Below, in pieces: positions 31,840-45,879 of a stretch of 64,000 nucleotides of DNA. A model generated the notes under the pieces. That model had not been told where the DNA came from. It did no database searches and saw only the letters and a program-made list of their open reading frames with translations. The position numbers and the translations under genes were made by a program. Within the stretch, counting starts at the first letter, position 1. Every line of letters starts with the position of its first letter. Origin of the DNA: an uncultured Candidatus Rokubacteria bacterium (GTDB lineage: Bacteria; Methylomirabilota; Methylomirabilia; Rokubacteriales; CSP1-6); NCBI GenBank assembly GCA_963758635.1, contig CAVWWD010000003.1:224001-288000 (forward strand), read 5' to 3'.

Positions 31840-32026
31840 AGGGGTCAAGGTCACGATCGCATTGAGCAGGCGGAGCGTCGACTTCTTCAAGACCGAGGCG
31901 CGGAGACACAACACCCAGTACCAGCGGATGATCCGGCGCCTGCTCGATGCCTATGCTGAACACCATTCGCGATCTCCGACGGCACGCTCGGCGCGGACGC
32001 GGGCAAAAGCGGCGCGCGCCGGTTAG
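31742..32026 (+). CDS. BrnA/CopG-like ribbon-helix-helix antitoxin
   Basis: DFLP.PEDL, VKVTIALS..SVDFFK, YQRMIRRLL; directly downstream of brnT. Confidence 0.85.
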   Translation: MSRNITYTNEPLGKLQVVSDFLPRPEDLVFRDEGVKVTIALSRRSVDFFKTEARRHNTQYQRMIRRLLDAYAEHHSRSPTARSARTRAKAARAG

Positions 32027-32038
32027 CGCCGGTCGGCC
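31974..32038 (+). mobile_element. Degenerate attC-like site at the 3' end of the TA pair
   Basis: Imperfect palindrome CCGAC..CGCTC..GCAAAAGC..GTTAGCG..GTCGG with an attC-style box layout. The R boxes deviate from RYYYAAC/GTTRRRY. Confidence 0.4.
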
Positions 32039-32139
32039 CCGCCGGACTCGACGACTCCGGCGAGCGTGTGAGGCGGGGCGCCGCGGTCAGGCGCCCCTCA
32101 GTTCGCTCTCGACCTGTTCCACCGTCAGCTCGAATAGCT

Positions 32140-32227
32140 CTCCTCCGCCGCTTGGCCGTGATGCACGTCGGCAGGCGTCAGAATGTCCGAGGCCCGAATG
32201 ATGATGCTCGGTGTTGTACCAGAGGAA
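32140..32227 (-). mobile_element. IS3-family transposase C-terminal remnant
   Basis: FLWYNTEHHHSGLG / ILTPADVHHGQA across a frameshift, matching the WYN.EH.HSG.G..TP..VH.G tail of IS3-type integrase cores. Confidence 0.65.
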
Positions 32228-32315
32228 GTGAAAGTCGCCGTCGACCCGCCGGAACCCTGAGCTGCGCACGCGCCCGCGCCGCCGGCGACGAGACGCCGGC
32301 GGCGCGGGCTTGCGG

Positions 32316-32846
32316 TCAGGCGCGCGCGCCGGCCGCCATCGCGGGCTGCGCCGCGCGGAGCTCCTCGTCCCACGGCCCAGGGAAGCGGCCCTTCTCGGCC
32401 TGGTCCGAGTTCGAGAACGGCCGGTCACGCCGCCACTCGCTGCGCGGCAGCTCGTAGTACACCTCGAGGCCGTTGCCGTCGGGGTCGGAGAAGTACACGC
32501 CGAGCGAGATGGTGTGGTCCGCCACGCGCACGGGCACGCTCTTCGCCTTGAGGCGGACGTACATCTCCTTGAGGTCGTCGATGTTCGACATCCGCCACGC
32601 CACGTGGTTGAGGCCGACCTGGCCCTTCGACTGCACCGGCGCGTCCTCGCCCACCTCGAACAGCGCGATGTCGTGCGCGTGGCCGGGATCGGCGGAGAGG
32701 AAGACGGCGCGGACCTTCCCCGTCTCCGACGACATCATGGTGTCCTGCGTGTGGAAACCGAAGACGTCCGTGTACCAGCGGTGCGAGCGTTCGGCGTTCC
32801 TGACGAAGATGTTGACGTGGTCGATGGACACGGGACGGTAGCCCAT
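32316..32846 (-). CDS. VOC/glyoxalase family protein
   Basis: IDHVNIFV, HDIALFE, GLNHVAW, YFSDPDGNGLEV. Confidence 0.9.
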   Translation of the reverse strand: MGYRPVSIDHVNIFVRNAERSHRWYTDVFGFHTQDTMMSSETGKVRAVFLSADPGHAHDIALFEVGEDAPVQSKGQVGLNHVAWRMSNIDDLKEMYVRLKAKSVPVRVADHTISLGVYFSDPDGNGLEVYYELPRSEWRRDRPFSNSDQAEKGRFPGPWDEELRAAQPAMAAGARA

Positions 32847-32866
32847 TGAGTGGTTCTCCTCTCGGC

Positions 32867-33871
32867 TCAGTCGGCCTGGACCTTGGCGTTGTAGTTGGCG
32901 TCGTACCACCAGTGCAGGTACTCGCCGTACGTGATCGGCGCGTGCCGCGCGGGGTTCTCGGGGCCCTGGCATGTGGGCAGGCAGGCGATCACCGTGTCCA
33001 GATGCGGGCCCAGGAAGTACGGGATCGCGTAGCGGTGCCGGCCCACCGGCGGCACCGCGCGATGCGGCGTGGACTTGAACCGGCCGTTCGTCCAGCGCGT
33101 CATCGTGTCGCCCGAGTTCACCGCGAACGACTCCGGCACGTACGGCACGTCGACCCACGTGCCCGCCGGCGTTCGCACCTGGAGCCCCGGCACCTCGGTC
33201 TGCGCCAGGAACGTGAGGAAGTTGGCGTCGGTGTGGGGCGCGATGCCGTACTGGTTGGCGTCGGCCTCGGCCGGCGGGTAGTGGGACAGCCGGAACGAGA
33301 ACTGGCTCTCCGCGAACGCCGCGTCGAAGTAGGTGGGCGGCAGGTCGAGGGCCACCGCGCACGCGGGCAGGAGGCGCCGGGCCATCGCATCGACCGCGTC
33401 GGTGTAGGCGAGGACGGCGTCGCGGAAGCCCGGGAGCCCGTCCGGCCACCGGTTCGGCCCGGCGAAGCGCCGGCCCGCCCGCACCAGCGGGTCGTCGGCG
33501 GGGCGCTCGCGCTTGGTGAAGAACGCCTCGTTCAGGTCGGGCTTGGTGTTGTCGTCCACGTCGGACGTCCACACCGCGTAGCGGCCCATCGCCATGTAGC
33601 CGTTGTTGTGCTCGTTCATGCGGAGAGCCATCTTCGCGGCCATCGGCAGGTCGTGGAAGCGTCGGGCCTCGGCGAACGTCCGCTCGATCATCGCCGCGGG
33701 GACGCCGTGGTTCACGATGATGAAGAAGCCGATGCCCTGAAGCGCCTGCCGCAGCTCGCCCGCCGCGCGCTCCAGCGCGCCGGGCGCGCCGGCGAGGACG
33801 CCGCCCACGTCGATCACGGGGATCGCGTGGGATTCCACCTGGGAGACGGCGGCCGGCCGGGTGATCGCCAT
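32867..33871 (-). CDS. 2OG-Fe(II) oxygenase, isopenicillin N synthase family
   Basis: IPVID, GFFIIVNHGV, PHTD, NSGD..RWTNG.FKSTPHR, RYAIPYF. Confidence 0.93.
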   Translation of the reverse strand: MAITRPAAVSQVESHAIPVIDVGGVLAGAPGALERAAGELRQALQGIGFFIIVNHGVPAAMIERTFAEARRFHDLPMAAKMALRMNEHNNGYMAMGRYAVWTSDVDDNTKPDLNEAFFTKRERPADDPLVRAGRRFAGPNRWPDGLPGFRDAVLAYTDAVDAMARRLLPACAVALDLPPTYFDAAFAESQFSFRLSHYPPAEADANQYGIAPHTDANFLTFLAQTEVPGLQVRTPAGTWVDVPYVPESFAVNSGDTMTRWTNGRFKSTPHRAVPPVGRHRYAIPYFLGPHLDTVIACLPTCQGPENPARHAPITYGEYLHWWYDANYNAKVQAD

Positions 33872-33887
33872 GGGTACGCTGCGCCGC

Positions 33888-34826
33888 TCAGACGGCGGCG
33901 AGCTGGCTCCGGCCCCAGGCCACGTCGGACTCGCGCGCCGGGCTCACCACGTGACCGGGCACCTCGTCGGCGGTGGGCCCTTCGCCCGCCACCGTGGTGC
34001 GGTGCATCACGCGGCGGTACCGGTTCTCGTCCCACGGGCGGCCGCGGTGGAGCATGCAGCGGTTGTCCCACATCACCAGGTCGCCGGCCCGCCACCGGTG
34101 CGTGTAGACGATGTCGGGGGCCGTCGCCGTCTCGAGGAGCTCGCGCAGGAGCTTCCGCGCCGCGTCGGTGGGCATGCCCACGATCTCGCACGCGTGCGAG
34201 CCCACGTAGAAGTTCCTCCGGCCGTTGACCGGGTTCACGCGCACCAGGGCCTGGGGCACGGGCGGCACCTGCGCGGCGTGGTCCGGCGGCAGGAGCCCGT
34301 CGCCGATGAGGCCGCGCGAGTAGACGAAGCTGTGGATGGCGACCCGGCCCTCGAGGATCTCCCGCGTGGCCGCGGGCAGCCGCTCGTAGCCCACGCGCAT
34401 GCTGGCGAACTCGGTCTCGCCCCCCTCGGGCGGCACCTCGCGCCCGGACAGGAGCGAGGCCATCGCGGGCACGCGCTTGAACGAGCTGTCGGTGTGCCAC
34501 ATCTGGTTGCCCGCGTTGAAGAGGTTGCGCCGGTCGCCGGCGGGGATCAGCTGGTCGTCGTCGTCGACGTTGGCCAGGTTCGAGATCTCGGGAAGGTAGC
34601 GGCTCTGCGACACGATCGTGCGGATGGTCTTCTCGAGCGGCCCGAACCGCTCGCTGAAGGCGATCTGCTCGGCGTCGCCGAGCGACTGCCCGCGGAACAG
34701 CAGCAGCGAGTGGTCCTCGAAGGCCCGGCGGATCTCGGCGAAGGTGGGATCGTCGACCCGCCGCACGTCGACGCCGGCGATCTCGACGCCGATCAGCGGA
34801 TGGAGCGGTCTCGTCTCGAGCGCCAT
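33888..34826 (-). CDS. TauD/TfdA-family 2OG-dependent dioxygenase
   Basis: NQMWHTDSSF, GGETEFA, HRWRAGDLVMWDNR..LHRG, MHRTT. Confidence 0.93.
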   Translation of the reverse strand: MALETRPLHPLIGVEIAGVDVRRVDDPTFAEIRRAFEDHSLLLFRGQSLGDAEQIAFSERFGPLEKTIRTIVSQSRYLPEISNLANVDDDDQLIPAGDRRNLFNAGNQMWHTDSSFKRVPAMASLLSGREVPPEGGETEFASMRVGYERLPAATREILEGRVAIHSFVYSRGLIGDGLLPPDHAAQVPPVPQALVRVNPVNGRRNFYVGSHACEIVGMPTDAARKLLRELLETATAPDIVYTHRWRAGDLVMWDNRCMLHRGRPWDENRYRRVMHRTTVAGEGPTADEVPGHVVSPARESDVAWGRSQLAAV

Positions 34827-34884
34827 GGGGACCCTCCCGACCACATTGTAGGTGAGGGTCCGGACGGCGAGTCAAGGCGTATGA

Positions 34885-35931
<1,047 letters not shown>

Positions 35932-35938
35932 GCGGCCG

Positions 35939-36425
35939 TTGCCGGCGCTCGGGCGCGCGTACCGGCGGGTCCTCGCCGCGGGCGCCGGGGCGGCGGCGGC
36001 CATCCTCGGGGTCATCGCGCTCCTGGTGACCGCCGACGTGCTGGCCAGGAACGTCGGCCTGGGCACGCTGCCGTGGATCGCCGAGGTCTCCGAGTACAGC
36101 CTGCCGCTGGCCACCTTCCTCATCGCGCCGTGGCTCCTCGCGCGCGGCGACCACGTCCGCGTGGACGTCCTCGCTGACCACGGCGCCGCCCGGCCTGGCC
36201 CGCGCGCTCCAGCGCGCGGCGGACGCCATCGGGCTCGCCGTCTGCGCCGTCTTCGTCTACTACGGGCTCCGCGCCTCGCTGGACTCCGCGCGCCAGGGCT
36301 CGCTGGTCCTCAAGTCGCTGGTGTTCCCCGAATGGTGGCTGTACGCGCCGGTGCCGGTCTGCTTCGCGTTCCTCGCCATCGAGTTCGGCCGGCGCCTCCT
36401 CGGGCCTCCCGCCCCGCCTCGCTGA
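35939..36425 (+). CDS. dctQ: TRAP small permease DctQ; +1 frameshift at ~36173
   Basis: DVLAR, EVSEY, HVRVD, then further TM segments in the +1 frame. Confidence 0.82.
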
Positions 36426-36438
36426 CGCGGCCGCCGCC

Positions 36439-37759
36439 ATGCCGTGGCCCATCGCCGCCGTCGTCCTGTTCGGTGTCCTGAGCCTGCTCCTCGCCGCTGC
36501 CCTGCCGGTGGCGTTCGCGTTCCTCGCCATCGACGTGATGGGCGCGTGGCTCTGGCTCGGAGGCCAGGCGGGGCTCGTCCAGATGGTGCGCAACGGCGTC
36601 GCGTCGATCGCGAGCTTCTCGCTCACGCCCATCCCGTTCTTCGTGTTGATGGGCGAGGTGCTCTTCCACACCGGGCTCGCCATGCGGGCCATCGACGCCA
36701 TCGACCGCGTGATCGGGCGCGTGCCCGGACGCCTGGCCGTGGTCGCGGTCGTCGCGGGCACCGTCTTCTCCGCCATCTCCGGCTCGACCATCGCCACCAC
36801 CGCGCTCCTCGGCAGCCTGATGGTCCCCGAGATGCTCCGGCGTGGCTACCACCCGCGCATGGCGATGGGGCCCATCATGGCCATCGGCGGGGTGGACATG
36901 CTGATCCCGCCGTCCGCGCTCACCGTGCTCCTCGGCAGCCTGTCCGGCATCTCGATCTCGCGGCTCCTCGTGGCCGGCATCGTTCCGGGCGTCCTTCTCG
37001 CGGCCTCGTTCGTGGGCTACATCGTCGTGCGCGCCCACCTCGACGCCCGGCTCGCGCCCCCGGTGCCCGTGACGGCGGTGCGGGGCTGGGAGCGCTGGCG
37101 GCCGCTGATCGTCTACGTGACGCCGCTGGTGGCGATCTTCGTGGTCGTCGTGCTCGCGATGACGGCGGGGTGGGCGACACCCGACGGAGTCGGCGGCGGT
37201 GGGGGCGGTGGCGACGGTCCTGGTGGCGCTGGCCTACCGCTCGCTGACCTGGGCCGGCCTCGCCGAGGCCCTCCGCAGCACCGCCGCCATCTCGGGCGTG
37301 ATCCTGTTCATCATCATCGGGGCCACCACGTTCTCGCAGGTCCTGACCTTCTCGGGCGCGACCAACGGCCTGGTCGCGTCCATCCGCGAGGCGCAGCCCT
37401 CGGGCCCCGTGGTGCTGATGGCCATGCTGGCCATCCTGCTCGTGCTGGGCTGCTTCATCGACCAGGTGAGCATGATGCTGATCACGCTCCCGTTCTTCAT
37501 GCCGCTGGTGGCCCACTACGGCTTCGATCCCGTGTGGTTCGGCGTGCTGTTCCTGATCTGCATGCAGCTCGGCCTGCTCACGCCGCCCTTCGGCATGCTG
37601 CTGTTCACGATGAAGAGCGTCGCGCCGCCCGAGATCACGATGGGCCAGGTCTTCCGCGCGGTGACGCCCTACGTGACGCTGGGCCTCGCCGCCCTCGCCG
37701 CCGTCATCCTGTGGCCGGCGCTGGCGACCTGGCTGCCCGGGGTGCTGTTCGGGAAGTGA
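36439..37759 (+). CDS. dctM: TRAP large permease DctM; +1 frameshift at ~37181
   Basis: IPFFVLMG, AISGS..AT, LIPPS, (T)PTESAA, LTPPFG, WLP. Confidence 0.9.
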
Positions 37760-37780
37760 GAGGCGGCTGCGCGCGTGAGG

Positions 37781-38443
37781 TCAGGGACGGGTGGCGGTCT
37801 CGGTCCGCGCGGCGCGCGCCCGCCGCTGCTTCTGATAGGAATCCAGCTCCCGGAACGCCACGATCCGCCGGCCCCGGTACTGCTCGTACTCGCGGACGAA
37901 CTCGCCCGCGTCGGCGTACGGGCCCGCGATGTGGCCCGGCCGCTTCGAGTCGGCGAAGACGTAGGTCCGGCCGTCGCGGGTGAACGTGACCACCCAGTGC
38001 CGGCGCAGGACGTTGCCGGCGATCCGCGCCGGGTCGAACTCGATCATCAGGTACCGCGGCGCGGTCTCGGGCGCGATGCTCCGGAGCGCCTCCACGCCGA
38101 ACCGCGAGAGGTCCACGCACACGCCCGACTTCGACGCGAACAGCTCGGCGGGCGCGTGGATGGCGAGACCGCCGCTCGCCGCCCGCTCCGTCTCCGACAG
38201 CCGCATCGCCCGCGCCATGTCGTAGGCGAAGTTGCCCGCGATCCACGCGCTCACGTCCTCCGGGGTCTTCCAGACGGACAGCGCGGCCTCGTAGGAGTCG
38301 GCGGTCTTGAACGCGACGGTGGGGTCGCGCGGGCGCTCGGGCGCGTCCGAGAGCCGATCGGCTGCTCCCACGCCGCCGCTCGAAGCGGCGAGGACGCAGG
38401 CGATGACCAGCGCGCGAAAGACGCGGCCGATGGCTCGATGCAT
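37781..38443 (-). CDS. Secreted transglutaminase-like (Cys-His-Asp) protein
   Basis: Signal-like N-terminus; GVCVD, HWV and FAD in transglutaminase-triad order. Confidence 0.6.
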   Translation of the reverse strand: MHRAIGRVFRALVIACVLAASSGGVGAADRLSDAPERPRDPTVAFKTADSYEAALSVWKTPEDVSAWIAGNFAYDMARAMRLSETERAASGGLAIHAPAELFASKSGVCVDLSRFGVEALRSIAPETAPRYLMIEFDPARIAGNVLRRHWVVTFTRDGRTYVFADSKRPGHIAGPYADAGEFVREYEQYRGRRIVAFRELDSYQKQRRARAARTETATRP

Positions 38444-38599
38444 GGGCCGCACCTTCTCAGGAGTTCTTCCGCTCCGCAAGCTACCCTTGTGCGTGGCCGG
38501 CGGCGGCGAAGAGGGCGGGGGCACGGTGCTACTCTTCGCCGCGAGGGCGTCCGGCGCCTCTGCCGGCCCGCCCGCTCACACTCGAAAGCGAGGTCACGC

Positions 38600-39637
38600 A
38601 TGAAAGCCGCCGTCTTCGTCGCGCCGGGCCAGCCCCTCGAGATCCGCACGCTGCCCGACCCCGAGCCGGGGCCGGCGGAGATGGTGCTCGCGGTCCGGGC
38701 CTCGGGCATCTGCGGCTCCGACCTCCACCTGAGCGAGATCGCCGACCGGTCGGGCGGCATGACCCCGCTGCCAGCCGGCACGGTGATGGGCCACGAGTTC
38801 GCGGGCGAGGTGGTCGCGGTGGGGCGGAGCGTGGCCGGACGGTTCCGCCCCGGCGATCGCGTCACCGCGCTGCCGTTCATCGGCTGCGGGACCTGCGTGG
38901 CCTGCCTGAACGGGCAGGGGCACCGGTGCCCGGCCGTCGTCTCGACCGGCCTCGGCAAGATCCCCGGAGGCTACGCGGAGTACGTGCGGGTGGGCGTGCA
39001 CGAGGCGCTGGCCTTGCCGCCCGAGGTGGACGACCGCGCCGGCGCCATGGTGGAGCCGCTGTCGGTGGGACTGCACGCCGTCGATCGCGCGGGCCTTCAC
39101 GCCGGCGACGCCGTCCTGGTCATCGGCGCCGGCCCCATCGGGCTGGCCGTGGCGCTCTGGAGCCGGTTCCTCGGCGCTCCCCACGTGGTGGTGAGCGACC
39201 TCTCGCCCGAGCGGGCCGATCGGGCCCTCGCCATGGGCGCCACGGCCGTGGTCCACGCTCGCGACGAGGACGTCATCGCCGCCGTCAAGCGCGAGTGCGG
39301 CCGGCGGGCCGAGGTCGTGTTCGACTGCGTGGGCGTGCCGGGCAGCCAGCAGATCGCCATGGACTGCGCGCCCACCAACGGCCGCGTGGTGGTGGCGGGC
39401 GTGTGCATGCAGCCGGACCGCATCCTGCCCGTCAAGGCCATCACCAAGGAGCTGGACGTGCGCTACGTGTTCGGCTACGGCAAGCGCGACTTCGCCTTCA
39501 CGATCGACATGCTCGCCCGCCGCCGCGTCGACGCGTCCGCCATGCTCTCGGAGACGGTCGGCTTCGACGCCTTCTCCGCGGCCTTCGAGGATCTGCGCAC
39601 CGACAAGCGCCGTGCCAAGGTGATGCTCTGCCCCTAG
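38600..39637 (+). CDS. Zn-dependent alcohol dehydrogenase (MDR family)
   Basis: GICGSDLH, GHEFAGEV, CGTCVAC..C, GAGPIG. Confidence 0.95.
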   Translation: MKAAVFVAPGQPLEIRTLPDPEPGPAEMVLAVRASGICGSDLHLSEIADRSGGMTPLPAGTVMGHEFAGEVVAVGRSVAGRFRPGDRVTALPFIGCGTCVACLNGQGHRCPAVVSTGLGKIPGGYAEYVRVGVHEALALPPEVDDRAGAMVEPLSVGLHAVDRAGLHAGDAVLVIGAGPIGLAVALWSRFLGAPHVVVSDLSPERADRALAMGATAVVHARDEDVIAAVKRECGRRAEVVFDCVGVPGSQQIAMDCAPTNGRVVVAGVCMQPDRILPVKAITKELDVRYVFGYGKRDFAFTIDMLARRRVDASAMLSETVGFDAFSAAFEDLRTDKRRAKVMLCP

Positions 39638-39736
39638 CTTTGCGAGGTGCGCCCGCTTTGCGAGGTGAGCCGAACTGGCAGTGCGAGGTGAGCCGAAGGC
39701 GAGCCGAGCGCATATGGAAATGCAGGGGAAACAACC
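39637..39736 (+). repeat. 55-bp dispersed repeat (full copy 39682-39736) preceded by two truncated 5' stutters
   Basis: TGCGAGGTGAGCCGAAGGCGAGCCGAGCGCATATGGAAATGCAGGGGAAACAACC; GCTTTGCGAGGTG occurs twice immediately upstream. Confidence 0.9.
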
Positions 39737-39832
39737 GCAGCGCGGGCCGTGGGACCACCCGCAGCGCGATGCCCTCCCCGGGCCCGCCGCGCTGCGGTAG
39801 AGTAGCGGGCAACCCCCAGCAAGGAGGCTCAC

Positions 39833-40594
39833 ATGGCGTTCTACGAGCGCGGTCCCGTCCGCATCCACTACGAGGAGGTCGGCTCCGGCTTCCCCCTGCT
39901 GCTCATCCCGGGCGGCGGGCTCAACTCGTCCTTCCAGTCCTGGAAGACGGCCTCGCCCTTCAACCCGATGGAACGGTACGCGGCCGACTTCCGCTGCGTC
40001 TGCGCCGACCTCAGGAACGCCAACCCGGGCCAGTCGACCGGGCCCCTCGAGATCGACCGCCCCTGGGACGCCTACACCGACGACCAGCTCGGGCTGATGG
40101 ACCACCTCGGCATCCGGGAGTTCCTGGTCATGGGCTTCTGCATCGGCGGGCCGATGATCCACAACCTGATCAAGCGCGCCCCGGAGCGGATCGTCGCGGC
40201 GGCGATGATGCAGCCGAGCGGCTTCCGGCCCGAGGTCCCCGACCTCTTCTACCAGAACAACATCAAGGGCTGGGGGCCGCCGCTCTGCGAGAAGCGCTCC
40301 GACGTGACCATGGACATGGTCCACGCGTTCCTGACCAGCATGTACACGAACCGCGCCGACTTCGTCTTCACGGTGTCGCGCGACTTCGTGCGCACGATCC
40401 GCCAGCCGCTCCTGATCGCGCCGGACGACGTGCCCGCGCACCCCTACAAGGTGGCGATGGAGGTGGCGAGCCTCGCCCCGAACTCCGAGGTGACGATCTA
40501 TCCCTGGAAGGACACGCCCGAGCACATCGACCAGGTCGTGGACCACGCGCGCCGCTTCCTGAAGTCGCACGTGCCCGTCGCCGCCGCCCGGTAG
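39833..40594 (+). CDS. Alpha/beta hydrolase with Cys at the nucleophile elbow
   Basis: GSGFPLLLIPGG, DLRNA..GQS, GFCIGG; RBS AAGGAGG. Confidence 0.85.
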   Translation: MAFYERGPVRIHYEEVGSGFPLLLIPGGGLNSSFQSWKTASPFNPMERYAADFRCVCADLRNANPGQSTGPLEIDRPWDAYTDDQLGLMDHLGIREFLVMGFCIGGPMIHNLIKRAPERIVAAAMMQPSGFRPEVPDLFYQNNIKGWGPPLCEKRSDVTMDMVHAFLTSMYTNRADFVFTVSRDFVRTIRQPLLIAPDDVPAHPYKVAMEVASLAPNSEVTIYPWKDTPEHIDQVVDHARRFLKSHVPVAAAR

Positions 40595-40658
40595 GGGCGG
40601 GTCTCGTCTCCGGCTCCGGCGCCGGTCCCGCCGCCCCCCGGCGGGGCCGGCCGGCGCC

Positions 40659-40918
40659 TCACTCCACGAAGCGGTAGCCCTGGCCGTGGACGGTCACGAT
40701 GTGCCGCGGGCGCTCGGGATCGTCCTCGAACTCCTCCTCGGCCTTGAGGACGGTCATGTCCATCTTGCCCGCGGCCATCGCGGCCATGTCGCGCGCCTGC
40801 TCGCGCAGGACCAGCTCGGCCGAGGCCTCCCACTGCCGCAGGAGAGGTAGCCGAGCACGGCGAGGACGGCCGCGGCGAGCGTGACCGCCGCGAAGGCGAG
40901 GAGGCCGCCCCGCCTCAC
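40659..40918 (-). pseudogene. Collapsed two-component locus: sensor-like N-terminus fused to an OmpR-type regulator C-terminus
   Basis: TM helix plus LRQWEASAELVLREQARDMA joined to FEDDPERPRHIVTVHGQGYRFVE*; -1 shift at ~40845. Confidence 0.7.
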
Positions 40919-40964
40919 CCGCGCGCTGCCGTCGCGGCTCCGCCGGCCTCCCGCGACGGGCGCG

Positions 40965-41501
40965 TCATTCGCCGAGGAGCTGCTGGATCATCCTCTCGGT
41001 CTCCGCGTACGCGCCCTCGCCGATGTGGCTGTAGCGGACGATCCCCTTGCGATCGACGAGCACGGCGGTGGGCCACGCCCACGTCGAGAAGCGCCGCCAG
41101 ATCATCTGGTCGTTGTCCTGCACGATCGGGTAGCGCAGGCCCAGGTCGCGCGCCGCCTGCACGACCTTGGGGTAGGGCATCTCCCAGACGAACTCGGGCG
41201 TGTGCACGCCCACGATGGTGAGGCCGCTCGGCTCGTACTTCGCGTGCCAGTCCCGCAACTGCGGGATCACGTTCTTGCAGTTGTATCAGCCGTAGGTCCA
41301 GAACTCGACGAGGACGACCCGGCCGCGGAGCTTCGCCATCGACAGGGGCTCGCTGTTGATCCACGGGCTGCCCGTGATCTCCGGCGCGGGCTGCCCCACG
41401 CGCGCGCCGCGCTGCGCCCCCGATGGCGTCGGCCCCGCCAGCGCGATCGCCCCGATCACCGCCGCCGCCAGCCCGACCGCCACCGCCCGGCTCGCTCTCA
41501 T
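40965..41501 (-). CDS. Probable selenoprotein: exported TlpA/DipZ-like redoxin with a UxxC active site
   Basis: ORFs 41286-41540 and 40965-41270 are one frame split by TGA (41286-41288): VEFWTYG-U-YNC-KNV. Also GVHTPEF, WPT..LVD..G, GEG. RBS AGGAGG. Confidence 0.82.
41256..41283 (-). promoter_or_regulatory. SECIS-like hairpin immediately 3' of the UGA
   Basis: UGA-UA-CAACUGC-AAGAACGUGAUCCC-GCAGUUG: a perfect 7-bp stem with GU in the apical region. Confidence 0.55.
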
Positions 41502-41638
41502 GCCCTGGGTCCTCCTACGCCCAGCGTCGGCCCGCACCATGCGCGAATGAACGTGGCCCCTGAACAGAGCAGCGGTCCGCTGGCCCGTTCATGCATAGGC
41601 CCCTCTAGCCGTCACGCGCCGGCACGTGTCACGGGGTG

Positions 41639-42607
41639 TCAATTCCTCCCGGCTCGCCGCACCCCCTCGAGGAGCGCCCGGGCGGCCGGATGCGGCGCCA
41701 GCTCGCGGCGGACCACCCGCTCGAGGAGGGCGCCCGCCGCCTCGGCGTCGGCCCCGGTGAGCGCCTCCGCCACCAGGTCGCGCGCGATGTCGAGCACGCG
41801 GGCGTGGACGGTGGCTCGGCGTCGCGCGTCCAGCTCGCCCGAGGCCTTGAGGGCGTCGAGATGGATGGTGAGCGCGTCGAAGAGCGCGTCGATGCCCTCC
41901 TCGCGCGCCGCCACGCACGGGAGCACGGGCGGCATCCACGCCTCTTCCTTGCGCGGCAGGAGCGTGAGCATCGAGCGCAGCTCGGCCAGCGTGCGGTCCG
42001 CGCCGTCGCGATCGGCCTTGTTCACCACGTGCACGTCGGCGATCTCGAGGAGGCCGGCCTTGAGCGCCTGCACGTCGTCGCCGAGGCCCGGCACGCTCAC
42101 CACCACCACGGTGTGGGCGAGCCGCATGATGTCCACCTCGCCCTGGCCCACGCCGACCGTCTCCACGATCACCGGGTTCCGGCCCGCCGCGTCCATGGCG
42201 TCCACGGCGTCGGCGGTGGCGCGCGAGAGGCCGCCGAGGGCGCCCCGCGCGGCCATGCTGCGGATGAACACGCCCGGATCCAGCGCGAGGTCGTTCATCC
42301 GGATCCGGTCGCCGAGGAGGGCGCCGCCCGTGAAGGGCGACGACGGGTCCACCGCGATGATCCCCACCGTGCGGCCGCGGGCGCGCGCGGCGCGGGCGAG
42401 CGCGCGCACGAGCGTGCTCTTGCCGCTGCCCGCCGCGCCGGTGATGCCCACCACGTGCGCCCGCCCGCCGCGGGGGTAGAGGCGCTCGACGAGCGCGGCG
42501 GCGCGCGGCCCCCCCGCCTCCATCCAGGTGAGCCCACGCGCCAGCGCGCGCTCGGAGCCGGCGACGATGGCGTCCGCGGTGGCCGCGACCTCGGTGCTGG
42601 TGGTCAT
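41639..42607 (-). CDS. meaB: MeaB/ArgK family GTPase (B12-mutase chaperone)
   Basis: GITGAAGSGKST, AVDPSSPFTGGALLGDRIRM, FIRSMA.RG.LGG, ETVGVGQ, NKAD. Confidence 0.93.
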   Translation of the reverse strand: MTTSTEVAATADAIVAGSERALARGLTWMEAGGPRAAALVERLYPRGGRAHVVGITGAAGSGKSTLVRALARAARARGRTVGIIAVDPSSPFTGGALLGDRIRMNDLALDPGVFIRSMAARGALGGLSRATADAVDAMDAAGRNPVIVETVGVGQGEVDIMRLAHTVVVVSVPGLGDDVQALKAGLLEIADVHVVNKADRDGADRTLAELRSMLTLLPRKEEAWMPPVLPCVAAREEGIDALFDALTIHLDALKASGELDARRRATVHARVLDIARDLVAEALTGADAEAAGALLERVVRRELAPHPAARALLEGVRRAGRN

Positions 42608-42699
42608 GCTCCTCCGGTTGGCGCTCGATGGGTCATGGCGCGAAGACGGGATGGACGAAGGTGCGGCCGACGCCGAGGCGTCTTAACTCGCCGGGCGCG

Positions 42700-42754
42700 G
42701 GTTGTTTCCACTGCATTTCCATATGCGCTCGGTTCGCCTTCGGCTCACCTCGCA
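42700..42754 (-). repeat. 55-bp dispersed repeat copy
   Basis: Reverse complement matches 39682-39736 at 53/55. Confidence 0.9.
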
Positions 42755-42776
42755 GGACCACGGGACGCGTCCCGGC

Positions 42777-45879
<3,103 letters not shown>

